From a virus (lineage: Duplodnaviria > Caudoviricetes): a stretch of 29,380 nucleotides of DNA. The DNA is taken from positions 1 to 29,380 of the IMG/VR virus record IMGVR_UViG_3300030376_000734, one strand, 5' to 3'. Numbering within the stretch: position 1 is the stretch's first letter; the number at the start of each line of letters is the position of its first letter. A model generated the notes under the pieces. That model ran no database searches. It was not told the origin of the DNA and saw only the letters and a list, made by a program, of their open reading frames with translations. Of the stretch, positions 16,953 to 26,049 are shown piece after piece. The position numbers and the translations under genes were made by a program.

Positions 16953-18144
16953 CGAAAAATACAATCCTTTATTTGAATCTGATGCTCGTTATTTTATAAT
17001 AACAGGCGGTAGAGGATCAGGAAAGTCATTTGCTGTTACAGTATTCCTTACTCTACTTACAATGGCTAAAGGAATCAGGGTATTGTTTACAAGGTACACA
17101 ATGGTATCAGCTCACTTATCAATCATTCCTGAGTTCTTGGAAAAAATAAGTCTATTAGGTTTTGAAAACATTTTTAGTGTCAATAAAGCTGAGGTTGTAA
17201 ACTTAGGGAATCAATCAGACATATTATTTAGAGGGATAAAGACATCAGCAGGGAATCAAACTGCTAGTCTAAAGTCTTTACAAGGCATAAGCTGTTGGGT
17301 GTTAGATGAAGCAGAAGAATTAATTGATGAAGATATATTTGATACGATTGATTTAAGCATTAGAGAAAAGAATATACAGAACAGAATAATATTAATTTTA
17401 AACCCTGTAACTAAAGAACATTGGATTTACAATAGGTTTTTTGAAAGCAAAGGTGTTGAAGCTGGTTTTAATGGCATTAAAGACAATGTATGCTATATCC
17501 ATAGTACATACCTAGACAACAAAGAAAATCTCTCTAAGAGCTTCCTAGAGCGTATTAAGACTATAAAGCACATCAACTTTAAAAAGTATCAGCACAAAAT
17601 ACTTGGTGGTTGGTTAGATAAGGCAGAAGGTGTTGTGTTTGATAATTGGAGTATAGGGGAGTTTAATCCTAATGGATTGCAAGTTTCTTGTGGACTTGAT
17701 TTTGGGTTTTCAATAGATCCTGATTCTTTAACTTCTGTCGCAATTTGCAAGAAGCATAAAAAGATATACCTTAAGGAAGAAATTTATCGTAACGGACTAA
17801 AGTCACAAGAGCTTGCTCAAATAATTTTAGACAAGGTAAGTAATACACTTTGTGTTGCCGACAGCAGCGAGCCACGTTTAATAGCCGATCTAAAACATTT
17901 AGGTGTTAATATAAAGCCTGTAAAAAAGGGAACTATTGAAAGTGGTATAACTCGTATGCAAGACTATCATTTAGTAATAACTCCTGAATCAACTAACATA
18001 GCTAAAGAATTAAACAATTATGTTTATGCAGACAAGGGAAGTAAACTATATGTAGATAATTACAATCACGCTATTGATGGAATAAGGTATAATGTTATAT
18101 ACCACTTAGACAACCCAAATGCAGGTAAGTATTTTGTACAATGA
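16942..18144 (+). CDS. terL: Terminase large subunit (PBSX/SPP1-like)
   Basis: The frame extends upstream of track start 17062 to include Walker A TGGRGSGKS; also LDEAEE, LNP, GLDFGF..DP and NHAIDGIRY. Start codon uncertain (CTG 16942). Confidence 0.9.
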   Translation: MNLNEKYNPLFESDARYFIITGGRGSGKSFAVTVFLTLLTMAKGIRVLFTRYTMVSAHLSIIPEFLEKISLLGFENIFSVNKAEVVNLGNQSDILFRGIKTSAGNQTASLKSLQGISCWVLDEAEELIDEDIFDTIDLSIREKNIQNRIILILNPVTKEHWIYNRFFESKGVEAGFNGIKDNVCYIHSTYLDNKENLSKSFLERIKTIKHINFKKYQHKILGGWLDKAEGVVFDNWSIGEFNPNGLQVSCGLDFGFSIDPDSLTSVAICKKHKKIYLKEEIYRNGLKSQELAQIILDKVSNTLCVADSSEPRLIADLKHLGVNIKPVKKGTIESGITRMQDYHLVITPESTNIAKELNNYVYADKGSKLYVDNYNHAIDGIRYNVIYHLDNPNAGKYFVQ

Positions 18145-18204
18145 AAAACCCCCCACTTAGTATTACGACAAATGCAGTAGTGAGGGGCTTAAAAACTAAA
18201 ATGA
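18144..18204 (-). ncRNA. Putative small antisense RNA (about 60 nt)
   Basis: Minus-strand promoter directly upstream; 12-bp stem AAGCCCCUCACU/AGUGGGGGGUUU running into a U-tract. The stem is fully paired only on the minus strand because of G-U pairs. Confidence 0.6.
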
Positions 18205-18208
18205 GGCG

Positions 18209-18239
18209 CAAATATAACTAATAAACTAAATTAAGCAAA
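18209..18239 (-). promoter_or_regulatory. Bacteroidota primary-sigma promoter on the minus strand
   Basis: Reverse complement reads TTTG (18239-18236), 19-nt spacer, TATATTTG (18216-18209), then C. Confidence 0.7.
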
Positions 18240-18251
18240 TTTCTATTATAT
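18223..18251 (+). promoter_or_regulatory. Putative phage late promoter for tail operon
   Basis: TTTCTATTATATTAATATATGA is identical to the sequence at 3508-3529. Confidence 0.75.
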
Positions 18252-18257
18252 TAATAT

Positions 18258-18902
18258 ATGAAGGTTAAAATTAAGAAGGAAGGCAAGACAAAGCAGTTCA
18301 AATTAATTAGCAGTTGGGAAGAAGTTACATTAGAAAAGTGGTTAAAGCTAATTGATTTTAAGAATGAAACAAAGACAAAGGAAGCAGAAGAAACAATAGC
18401 AGCCTTATCTACAATTCCTAAGCAACTGATAAAACAGTTGGAGTTAAAAGACATAGCAGCTATAATGAGTAAGCTGTCAGAGTTTCAACAGCAGCAAGAT
18501 AGTTCTTTAAAAAGGATAATTGAAATAGATGGAAAAAGATACGGATTCCACCCTGATTTGGATTCCATTACTCTTGGAGAATGGGCAGATTTGGAAACAT
18601 TTATAAAGCAGGACATTGAAAAGAATCTACCTGAAGTGATGGCAATACTTTATAGACCTATCACAGAAGAAACAGATAGTGGGGTTTATACCATAGCAGC
18701 TTATGATGGTAATATAACCATAAGGGCGGAGCAGATGAAGAAGATGTCAGCAGAGCAAGTGCAGAGCGCCTTGCGGTTTTTTTTTGCTTTAGGGAACGTA
18801 TTGTTAATGACTTTGCCATCATTTTTGATGGAACGGCTGAAGGAAATGAAGATGCAATCGCAACAGAATCCTTCGCAGAAAAGTGGGGATATTTCGGAGT
18901 GA
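18258..18902 (+). CDS. Tail assembly chaperone (gpG-like)
   Basis: 214 aa containing a slippery T9 run at 18777-18785 with an overlapping -1 ORF. Confidence 0.7.
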   Translation: MKVKIKKEGKTKQFKLISSWEEVTLEKWLKLIDFKNETKTKEAEETIAALSTIPKQLIKQLELKDIAAIMSKLSEFQQQQDSSLKRIIEIDGKRYGFHPDLDSITLGEWADLETFIKQDIEKNLPEVMAILYRPITEETDSGVYTIAAYDGNITIRAEQMKKMSAEQVQSALRFFFALGNVLLMTLPSFLMERLKEMKMQSQQNPSQKSGDISE

Positions 18903-19036
18903 TGTATAGATTGTGTAATGCCGATATATCAAAGTTAGAAAAGATAACAAGACTTAATCTTTTAGAAGCGTTTACTTGGTTAAGTTATGAAACAGATTTA
19001 CAAACACAAAACAAAGTGAAATATGGCGGTAACTAA
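18785..19036 (+). CDS. -1 frameshift extension of tail chaperone (gpGT-like)
   Basis: -1 frame reads CFRERIVNDFAIIF...FAEKWGYFGVMYRLCNADISKLEKIT...KYGGN and fills the gap to the next gene. Confidence 0.75.
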   Translation, partial: CFRERIVNDFAIIFDGTAEGNEDAIATESFAEKWGYFGVMYRLCNADISKLEKITRLNLLEAFTWLSYETDLQTQNKVKYGGN

Positions 19037-19571
19037 TAAGAGCTACAATAATGTAATTGACACTTTATGCCGACTAGGGCAATACCACGAGCAAATCTCT
19101 ACTGTATCTGTTGGGGATATATTTGACATCAACTTAGAAAAGATGGAGAAAATGCCTTTACTTCATATTAACCCAACATCAGTAACAACAGGTGATGCGG
19201 AATTAATCTATAATTTCCAGCTCTTTATTTGTGATCTTGTAAGTGAAAAAGCTGATTGGCAAACGCATCAAGCAGAACAATTGACTAAGCTAATTGATCC
19301 TAAGAACAATGAACAACAGGTATGGAATCAGACATTAGAAATATGTACTGACTTTATTGGTATGCTTAGACATAGTTCAAGACAATCTTTAGCAGGTGAT
19401 AATGATATAAACGCACCACTATATTTTACACAAGATCAGTTTACAATAGAGCCATTTCAAGAAAGGTTTGACAACTTACTTTGTGGGTGGACATTTACAA
19501 TAGGAATAAGAACACAGAATAATTTTGACACTTGTACAATTCCTGTAACTGATGCAGGGGCTGGGTACTAA
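19023..19571 (+). CDS. Tail completion/terminator-like protein
   Basis: 182 aa in the tail operon; assignment mainly from size and position. Confidence 0.5.
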   Translation: MAVTNKSYNNVIDTLCRLGQYHEQISTVSVGDIFDINLEKMEKMPLLHINPTSVTTGDAELIYNFQLFICDLVSEKADWQTHQAEQLTKLIDPKNNEQQVWNQTLEICTDFIGMLRHSSRQSLAGDNDINAPLYFTQDQFTIEPFQERFDNLLCGWTFTIGIRTQNNFDTCTIPVTDAGAGY

Positions 19572-19639
19572 TGTTTAAATTTAAGATATGGAAAATAGAG
19601 ATACAACTAATACCACCAAAAATAACAATCAAGCTATGA
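19571..19639 (+). CDS. 22-aa peptide MFKFKIWKIEIQLIPPKITIKL
   Basis: TAATG overlap upstream and ATGA overlap downstream. Confidence 0.45.
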   Translation: MFKFKIWKIEIQLIPPKITIKL

Positions 19640-19643
19640 GTTA

Positions 19644-19958
19644 ATCAGTATAAAGTTTGAAACTTATAATGACTATCCACAAGCAGCTACTAACAATGCT
19701 AAAAGAGCTAGAAAATGGAAAGAAGAAAATGGTAGTGATTGCGGTACTAGGGTTGGTTGGACAAGATCAGCACAATTAGCAAATAGAGAAAATATAAGCA
19801 GAGATACAATAGCAAGAATGGCATCATTTAAAAGACACCAACAACATAAGGACGTACCATATTCAGAGGGTTGTGGAGGTTTGATGTGGGATGCCTGGGG
19901 TGGTTCATCAGGCGTAAATTGGGCAATTAATAAATTAAAACAAATAGATAAAAAATAA
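19644..19958 (+). pseudogene. 104-codon phage head-associated domain lacking a canonical start (damaged 5' end or non-AUG start)
   Basis: Reads ISIKFETYNDYPQAATNNAKRARKWKEENGSDCGTRVGWTR...WDAWGGSSGVNWA; frame opens at 19626 with no ATG/GTG/TTG until 19818; ATG 19636 stops after two codons. Confidence 0.6.
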
Positions 19959-19963
19959 AAATT

Positions 19964-20419
19964 ATGGCAGATTTAGTAGTAACAATTTCCGAGAGTGTAA
20001 CAATCAATGGATCACTCAGAGGTTCATCAAACAATTTAACAGTAACAGGAATTGAAGATACATTTGAAAGGGTAGTGACTTGCCCTCATTCTAATACAAC
20101 CACAATAGCTACATTCAACAGTAATGTATATGGTAGTGCAGGTGCTTTAGACTTAGAAAATTGTAAGTATATTAGAGTGACCAATATTGACACATCAGAC
20201 GGCGTTATAGACTTAGCAATTGTAACTGAAAACACTAACTATCAAGTTGTAATGACAGCAGGTTCTTCACATTTGTTATGTCAAGCAGATACAGCAGCAA
20301 TAGGTGAAAATGATTCATCACCTAACTTTCCAACCTTAGAAGATGTAACAAGCATACAAGTAAGACCAAGAGGCGCATCTGCTAATGTAGACGTTGAAAT
20401 ATTTGTAGCTAGCGTATAA
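19964..20419 (+). CDS. Hypothetical virion protein
   Basis: 151-aa beta-rich ORF in the tail operon. Confidence 0.7.
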   Translation: MADLVVTISESVTINGSLRGSSNNLTVTGIEDTFERVVTCPHSNTTTIATFNSNVYGSAGALDLENCKYIRVTNIDTSDGVIDLAIVTENTNYQVVMTAGSSHLLCQADTAAIGENDSSPNFPTLEDVTSIQVRPRGASANVDVEIFVASV

Positions 20420-20952
20420 TGAAAGGCAAAAATATAGAAAGGTATTTAAACAGTTTTGGTAAGCAGGTTGTAAATAGAGCAAAAGGAAATTTACAAAAAG
20501 CTAAAGGCGGTGGCACTAATTTAGAAAATTCTATAACATTTAAAGTAGTTACAGATTCTGATGGGTTTACAGTACAGTTTTTTATGGATAGTTATGGAAC
20601 TTTTGTGGACAAAGGAGTTTCAGGAAATAAAACAAAAAGAAAATACAAAGACTATAAAAACAAAACAGTTTCAAGTCCTTATAGTTATACAACAAAACAA
20701 CCACCTCCAGGAATATTAGCGAAATGGATAAGTAAAAAAGGTATTAAAGGTAGAGATAAAAAGTCAGGTAGATTTATAAGTAATTTGTCTTTAGCTTTTA
20801 TTATGGGAAGGGCTATCAAAAGAGATGGTATTCAGGGTATTAGTTTTTTTCAAAAACCCTTAATGCTAGGAATGAAGCAGTTTGGGCAAGACTTATTAGG
20901 AGCAGTAAAAGAAGATATAATAGAAGGTTTAACAACAGCAACAGTAAATTAA
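20419..20952 (+). CDS. Basic virion morphogenesis (neck/tail completion-like) protein
   Basis: YGTFVDKG, KQPP...LAKW..KKG and I.RDGI...FF; TAATG-coupled. Confidence 0.55.
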   Translation: MKGKNIERYLNSFGKQVVNRAKGNLQKAKGGGTNLENSITFKVVTDSDGFTVQFFMDSYGTFVDKGVSGNKTKRKYKDYKNKTVSSPYSYTTKQPPPGILAKWISKKGIKGRDKKSGRFISNLSLAFIMGRAIKRDGIQGISFFQKPLMLGMKQFGQDLLGAVKEDIIEGLTTATVN

Positions 20953-20958
20953 AAAATT

Positions 20959-22368
20959 ATGGCAAATTGTGTAATAGAACAAGCTCCACTATTTCAAAAC
21001 TTCCCTGTAGGGCAAGATATAATCTTTGTGGTTTCTAATAATGATGCAGTAGCAAATCAGATACAAGTAAAGTTTGTAGCTGAGGTTCATATTTCAACCA
21101 CGCAGCCAAACCCATCTGCTGTAACTGATATTATAGGAACTTTTAAAACAACACCTAACAATGCAGGAGTAGGTATATTTGATTTAAGAAATGTGTTAGA
21201 GAATTACGTTAAGGCGGATCACATAGCATCTGATAATGCTATATTTGGCGCAGCAATCCCTTCTGTTGATTTGCCTGTACACCTTATTGACGCTTTTTCT
21301 AAAAGTACAGATATTTTAAGACATTTAGTCATTCAGTTTAAAGTAGAGTTTTTAGATCAGGTTTCAGGATCTTCTACTTTCGGACAGCTTATAACAACAG
21401 GCGCACAAAACAGTTTGCCTTATAAATTCTGGAATGGATATGTTAAATATACAGATGTTATTTCTGTTGGTAGCACAGGAAACTTTGGTTATAATATTGG
21501 CGACTTTTTTCCAGCTAACGCTAATAGAAGGTATCTTACAAATGCACCGACAACTCAATATGCAAATGTAGAAGATTATGGAACGTTGGCATTTATGACA
21601 CTTACGGCAGCCCAAAGAGCATTAACTTATGAAGTAAAAATAACTGCTTATAATGCAGCAGGTTCAGCTTATAGCACAACCAATGATATAGAAATGAGTA
21701 TTGCCAATGGCTCTTATGATACTTGGAATGATGATGCTGAAAGACAATTAGTATATCTTGGCGCTTTTCCTGCAAATCTACAAGGAACTTGGTGGAATGG
21801 AGCAATAGGTTTTGGAATGACATATTATGTAATACAAATGGAAGATTCAACAGGAGCTGATACACTAGAGCCTGTAACAATACATATAAACTGTCCTAAC
21901 ACACAAGGATATGAAAGTGTTAGGCTTTGTTGGCTTAATCAATGGGGTGCTTGGGATTACTACACTTTCACGCAAAAGTCTATTAGAACTATCAGCACAC
22001 AGGGCAGCACTTATACACAACTAAACGGATCTTGGAACGAAGCAAATTATAAGTATGCGAATCAACAGGGTGGTAAAAAATCTTTTAGAAGAAACGCAAC
22101 AGAAAAAGTAACAATTAATACAAACTTTGTTACTGAAAACTATAATGTAATGTTTGAAGAACTAATGAATAGCCCAGAGGTTTACATACTACAAGGAACA
22201 CAAGCATCAACATCTTTTGGTATTTACTCTTTTGAATTAAGCCAATATGTTACACCTACAAGGATTCTTAATTCTAGCTTCACAAAAAAGACTAAAGCTA
22301 ACGACCAATTAATACAATATACATTTGAAGTGGAAAAAAGTAAAACACTAAGAACACAGACTATCTAA
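20959..22368 (+). CDS. Tail/baseplate structural protein
   Basis: 469 aa with C-terminal WLNQWGAWDYYTF and EELMNSPEVY. Confidence 0.65.
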   Translation: MANCVIEQAPLFQNFPVGQDIIFVVSNNDAVANQIQVKFVAEVHISTTQPNPSAVTDIIGTFKTTPNNAGVGIFDLRNVLENYVKADHIASDNAIFGAAIPSVDLPVHLIDAFSKSTDILRHLVIQFKVEFLDQVSGSSTFGQLITTGAQNSLPYKFWNGYVKYTDVISVGSTGNFGYNIGDFFPANANRRYLTNAPTTQYANVEDYGTLAFMTLTAAQRALTYEVKITAYNAAGSAYSTTNDIEMSIANGSYDTWNDDAERQLVYLGAFPANLQGTWWNGAIGFGMTYYVIQMEDSTGADTLEPVTIHINCPNTQGYESVRLCWLNQWGAWDYYTFTQKSIRTISTQGSTYTQLNGSWNEANYKYANQQGGKKSFRRNATEKVTINTNFVTENYNVMFEELMNSPEVYILQGTQASTSFGIYSFELSQYVTPTRILNSSFTKKTKANDQLIQYTFEVEKSKTLRTQTI

Positions 22369-25205
22369 TGAGTGTACAATTAATATTATTTCCGCAAAAC
22401 TATGAAGGTCGTATGAGTACCTTTACAGGTGATCCTAACCAGATTGTGGTCAACGGAACTTCATTTAACGGATTATCAATAGCAAGCTCTACCACAACAG
22501 GAAGCATAGCTTTAGGGGGTATAGTCCTTAATATGGTAACTGCTAATCCTGCGACAGTTCCAAATACTTGGTACAGGTATAGATATGGTCAGGGCGGTGT
22601 TTTTCCTGACCTGCCTACTGACTCTGGAAATAATGCAATTTTTGATATTATATCACTAAATGGAGTTTCTGGAATCTACCAAAGAGTCACTAATTTAACG
22701 ATTGGAACTCAATATAAGTTTAGTGTAATTTTTGGCTCATTTACAGCAGGTAAGGTGCAGCTTTATGATGTTAGAAGTAGTAGTGTTGTGGGTGGAGCAT
22801 TTGTTTTGCCAGGCACTTCTAGTTACACTCTAACCTTTACGGCACAAGCTACAACAACCACAATAGCTATTGTAACATCTTCTAGTTCTTCATCAGTAGG
22901 AAGTGTCACAATACAATCTGTTTCTTTATTAAATGCGACAATAGCCCCTTCACAAACAACTAATCTTTTAGGTGATGGGCAAGTAATATGTGATTTGTAT
23001 GAAGATGAAGAAATACCCTTAACTTTAAGTGTTGATGAGTTTAAAAATGCAGCAGAGCAAGTGCAATCTTATTCTAAGGCGTTTATGTTACCAGGAACAA
23101 AAAGAAATAACCAAATATTTGAAAATCTTTTTGAAATAACAAAAAGTTCACTTGGCAATCAAGGGGTTGTCACCTTTAATCCTTATGCTAAAACCCAATG
23201 TATCTTAAAGCAAGATGGATTAGTTTTGTTTGAAGGTTATTTAAAAATGCTTGATATTCAAGATCAAGAGGGAGAGATAAGTTATAATGTAAACCTTTAT
23301 TCACAAGTAATAACTTTAGCAGATATATTACAAGACAAAAAGTTTAACGATTTAGATTTTTCTGAATTAGAACACACTTACGATAAAACAAGTATTAAGA
23401 ATAGTTGGTACGAACCATCAGAGGGTACAGGGTTGCCGTTAACAAACCCTTTATCAGTAGATAGTTTTGCTTATGATAACACGAATCAACCTGCTTATGG
23501 TGCAAGTCAAACTAATGTTTTAAAATACCCATTTTGTGATTGGGAGCATACTTGGTTAATTTCTGATGGGTTTACAGGTAGTAACGCAACACTAAACGAG
23601 CCTGAGTTAACTATGTTTCAACAAGCGTTTAGACCTTTTATTCAAATCAAATACATAATAGATATGATATTTGACCAAGATGATGTACCTTTTTCTTATA
23701 CAAGTGATTTCTTTAATACTGCTGATTTTAAAAAATTATTTATGGACTTTAATTGGGGATCTACACCTGATATACTATACGGAAGTGTTGTTTATGGTAT
23801 TAATCAAACAGCCGATCCTTCTACTACTTCTTTTGCTAATTTTCCTTGGGACGGAACAAGTGGAGATATATTAGACGACCAATTTGGATATGATGTAAAC
23901 CTTTATAAATTTATAGGTCAAGAAAACAACCAACAATACACTTTAGAATACAACCTAGCGTTTGAGCTTACCACGTCTAACCCTGCTGACATTTCTATGC
24001 AAATAGTACACAAAAATAGTGGGGGAACAGTTATAGATACATACGAGCAAAGAACTTTTAACACAGGAAGTAATTTTTATAGCACTTTGTATGGTTTAAT
24101 TAACATAACTGCAAATCAAAATGACACAATAGAAGTACAATGGAAAACAGCAGTAGCAGGTAGGGCGCAACCTTATATCACAGGTGCTGCTAACTCTTGG
24201 AGCAGAATGCAGGTAACCACAGGTGCTGTAACAGTAACCACAAACGATTTATTACAAAGTTTAAGGGGAGGGTTAGGTCAATGGCAATTTCTAAAAGGAA
24301 TTATGAATATGTTCAATTTAGTAAGTATTCCTGATGACGAAAACCCTAATAACATTTTAATTGAACCTTATGGAGATATATTTATAAGCAACACTAAAAG
24401 CGGTAATACTAATGACTTAAGCTTAAAAGCTAGAAGCATTCAGCACGATTGGACAGAAAAAATAGATGTTTCAGAAATGAAATTAGTGCCATTGACTGAT
24501 TTGAATAAGAGTCTTATTTTTCAATTTGAAGAAGATGAAGAAGATTATACTTTTATGAATTATAAATTAAATACAGAAGATCATCTGTATGGCAGTAAAA
24601 AATATGATGCAACTTTAACAACAGGGGGCTTACAAAGTGTCTTAGAAGGGGAAGAAGAAATTATTGCCTCTCCATTTGCAGCTACTATACCAAAGGCTCT
24701 AGCTACACAATTTGACATAATAGTTCCTGCGCTTTATTCTTACAATCCTGATGATGGTACTTCTCAAGGGTTCAACAATAAGCCAAGAATAATGTACAAC
24801 ACAGGAAGAAAGACTATAGGAAAGGGAGGAACTTATTATATCCCTGAACAAAACGGCACAAATAGTGAAAACTCTACACTTTATTTACAGTTTAGTCATT
24901 TCAATGAAGTGCCTAGTCTTGCTACAAGTTTAGATTTTCATTTTGGAGAGTGTCAATATTTTCCTGGTGTATCAACAAGTGGAACGACAAACAATCTATT
25001 TAACACTTATTGGCTGCCATATCTTAATGAACTTTACAATTCTGACACTAGAATAATGACTATAAAAGTCAATTTAACAGCAGGAGATATTAATACGTTT
25101 AAAATGTATGATACAGTTTTTATTAAAAACAGACAATTTAGAGTTAACCGAATAGATTACAAGCCAACCGATTTATCAACTGTTGAATTTATACTAATAC
25201 CATAA
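22368..25205 (+). CDS. Large tail tip/baseplate hub protein
   Basis: 945 aa; DLYEDEEIPLT..SYSK.F.LPGT..NN hub-like segment after an approximately 200-aa Ser/Thr-rich beta module. Confidence 0.65.
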   Translation: MSVQLILFPQNYEGRMSTFTGDPNQIVVNGTSFNGLSIASSTTTGSIALGGIVLNMVTANPATVPNTWYRYRYGQGGVFPDLPTDSGNNAIFDIISLNGVSGIYQRVTNLTIGTQYKFSVIFGSFTAGKVQLYDVRSSSVVGGAFVLPGTSSYTLTFTAQATTTTIAIVTSSSSSSVGSVTIQSVSLLNATIAPSQTTNLLGDGQVICDLYEDEEIPLTLSVDEFKNAAEQVQSYSKAFMLPGTKRNNQIFENLFEITKSSLGNQGVVTFNPYAKTQCILKQDGLVLFEGYLKMLDIQDQEGEISYNVNLYSQVITLADILQDKKFNDLDFSELEHTYDKTSIKNSWYEPSEGTGLPLTNPLSVDSFAYDNTNQPAYGASQTNVLKYPFCDWEHTWLISDGFTGSNATLNEPELTMFQQAFRPFIQIKYIIDMIFDQDDVPFSYTSDFFNTADFKKLFMDFNWGSTPDILYGSVVYGINQTADPSTTSFANFPWDGTSGDILDDQFGYDVNLYKFIGQENNQQYTLEYNLAFELTTSNPADISMQIVHKNSGGTVIDTYEQRTFNTGSNFYSTLYGLINITANQNDTIEVQWKTAVAGRAQPYITGAANSWSRMQVTTGAVTVTTNDLLQSLRGGLGQWQFLKGIMNMFNLVSIPDDENPNNILIEPYGDIFISNTKSGNTNDLSLKARSIQHDWTEKIDVSEMKLVPLTDLNKSLIFQFEEDEEDYTFMNYKLNTEDHLYGSKKYDATLTTGGLQSVLEGEEEIIASPFAATIPKALATQFDIIVPALYSYNPDDGTSQGFNNKPRIMYNTGRKTIGKGGTYYIPEQNGTNSENSTLYLQFSHFNEVPSLATSLDFHFGECQYFPGVSTSGTTNNLFNTYWLPYLNELYNSDTRIMTIKVNLTAGDINTFKMYDTVFIKNRQFRVNRIDYKPTDLSTVEFILIP

Positions 25206-26038
25206 TGGCAATACCATACTTAACAGGATATTTTGTAAAGCCTATCTCTATTGATGGAATAGGTGAAGTTACTTTTACTGATGGAACAAATGAATTTCCA
25301 CCCAATCAGCAACAATGTGAAGCGTATGGATATAAATACGACAAAGCAACAGGAACCTGTAGTGCTTTTAATTACACTTCAAATATTGCTGCTAACGTAA
25401 TAAATGAAAACAATAATATTCAAGGAACACAAAACACAACCGAAACAGGTACTAATAATACCTATATAATGGGTGAGAGTAATGCTGTAAAGGGATTTTC
25501 AAGAAACAACATTATAATAGGAAGTCATAACGAAATATTAGCAGAAGTAAATAATGCTGCTGTTCTTGGAAACTTTGGAATAGCAAGAAATGCTGGGCAA
25601 ATAGTTTTCGGTGGTGGTGGGTTTAATGGAGCAGGAAAAGGATATGCTCAAAGTTCAGCCATCACTTTAACAGGAACAACTACAAACAATACTTCTACCG
25701 CTTTATTTGTTAATGGAAATCCTAATGTAACAGCAATATCAATGGGTGGTGATTTAGGCAAAAAGTATATAGGCTACGAAGCAGCATTAATAGGTGCAAG
25801 AACAGGAGGATCAGCAGCAGGGAGTGTTGGTGACAGAATATTCCTAACAATTAGTGGTATTATTTATGAAACAACAGCTAATGAATCAAGTGCTGCAATA
25901 GTACAAGTAGGAACAGTATCAGGTTGGACAGGTTTAATAGACTTTGATGGTAGTAATATGGAGTTTAGTGTTACAGGTGCAACCAATGTAGACATAAGCT
26001 GGAGCTGCACTCTTAACCTTTATGAAATGAGAATATAA
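25205..26038 (+). CDS. Tail fibre/spike-like protein
   Basis: Gly/Asn/Thr-rich with short I.G..N repeats. Confidence 0.55.
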   Translation: MAIPYLTGYFVKPISIDGIGEVTFTDGTNEFPPNQQQCEAYGYKYDKATGTCSAFNYTSNIAANVINENNNIQGTQNTTETGTNNTYIMGESNAVKGFSRNNIIIGSHNEILAEVNNAAVLGNFGIARNAGQIVFGGGGFNGAGKGYAQSSAITLTGTTTNNTSTALFVNGNPNVTAISMGGDLGKKYIGYEAALIGARTGGSAAGSVGDRIFLTISGIIYETTANESSAAIVQVGTVSGWTGLIDFDGSNMEFSVTGATNVDISWSCTLNLYEMRI

Positions 26039-26049
26039 AAAATAAAATT

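Noticed and set aside
18149-18190. Plus-strand terminator for terL
   Set aside because: On the + strand the stem has a C-A mismatch and no U-tract; it fits the minus strand better.
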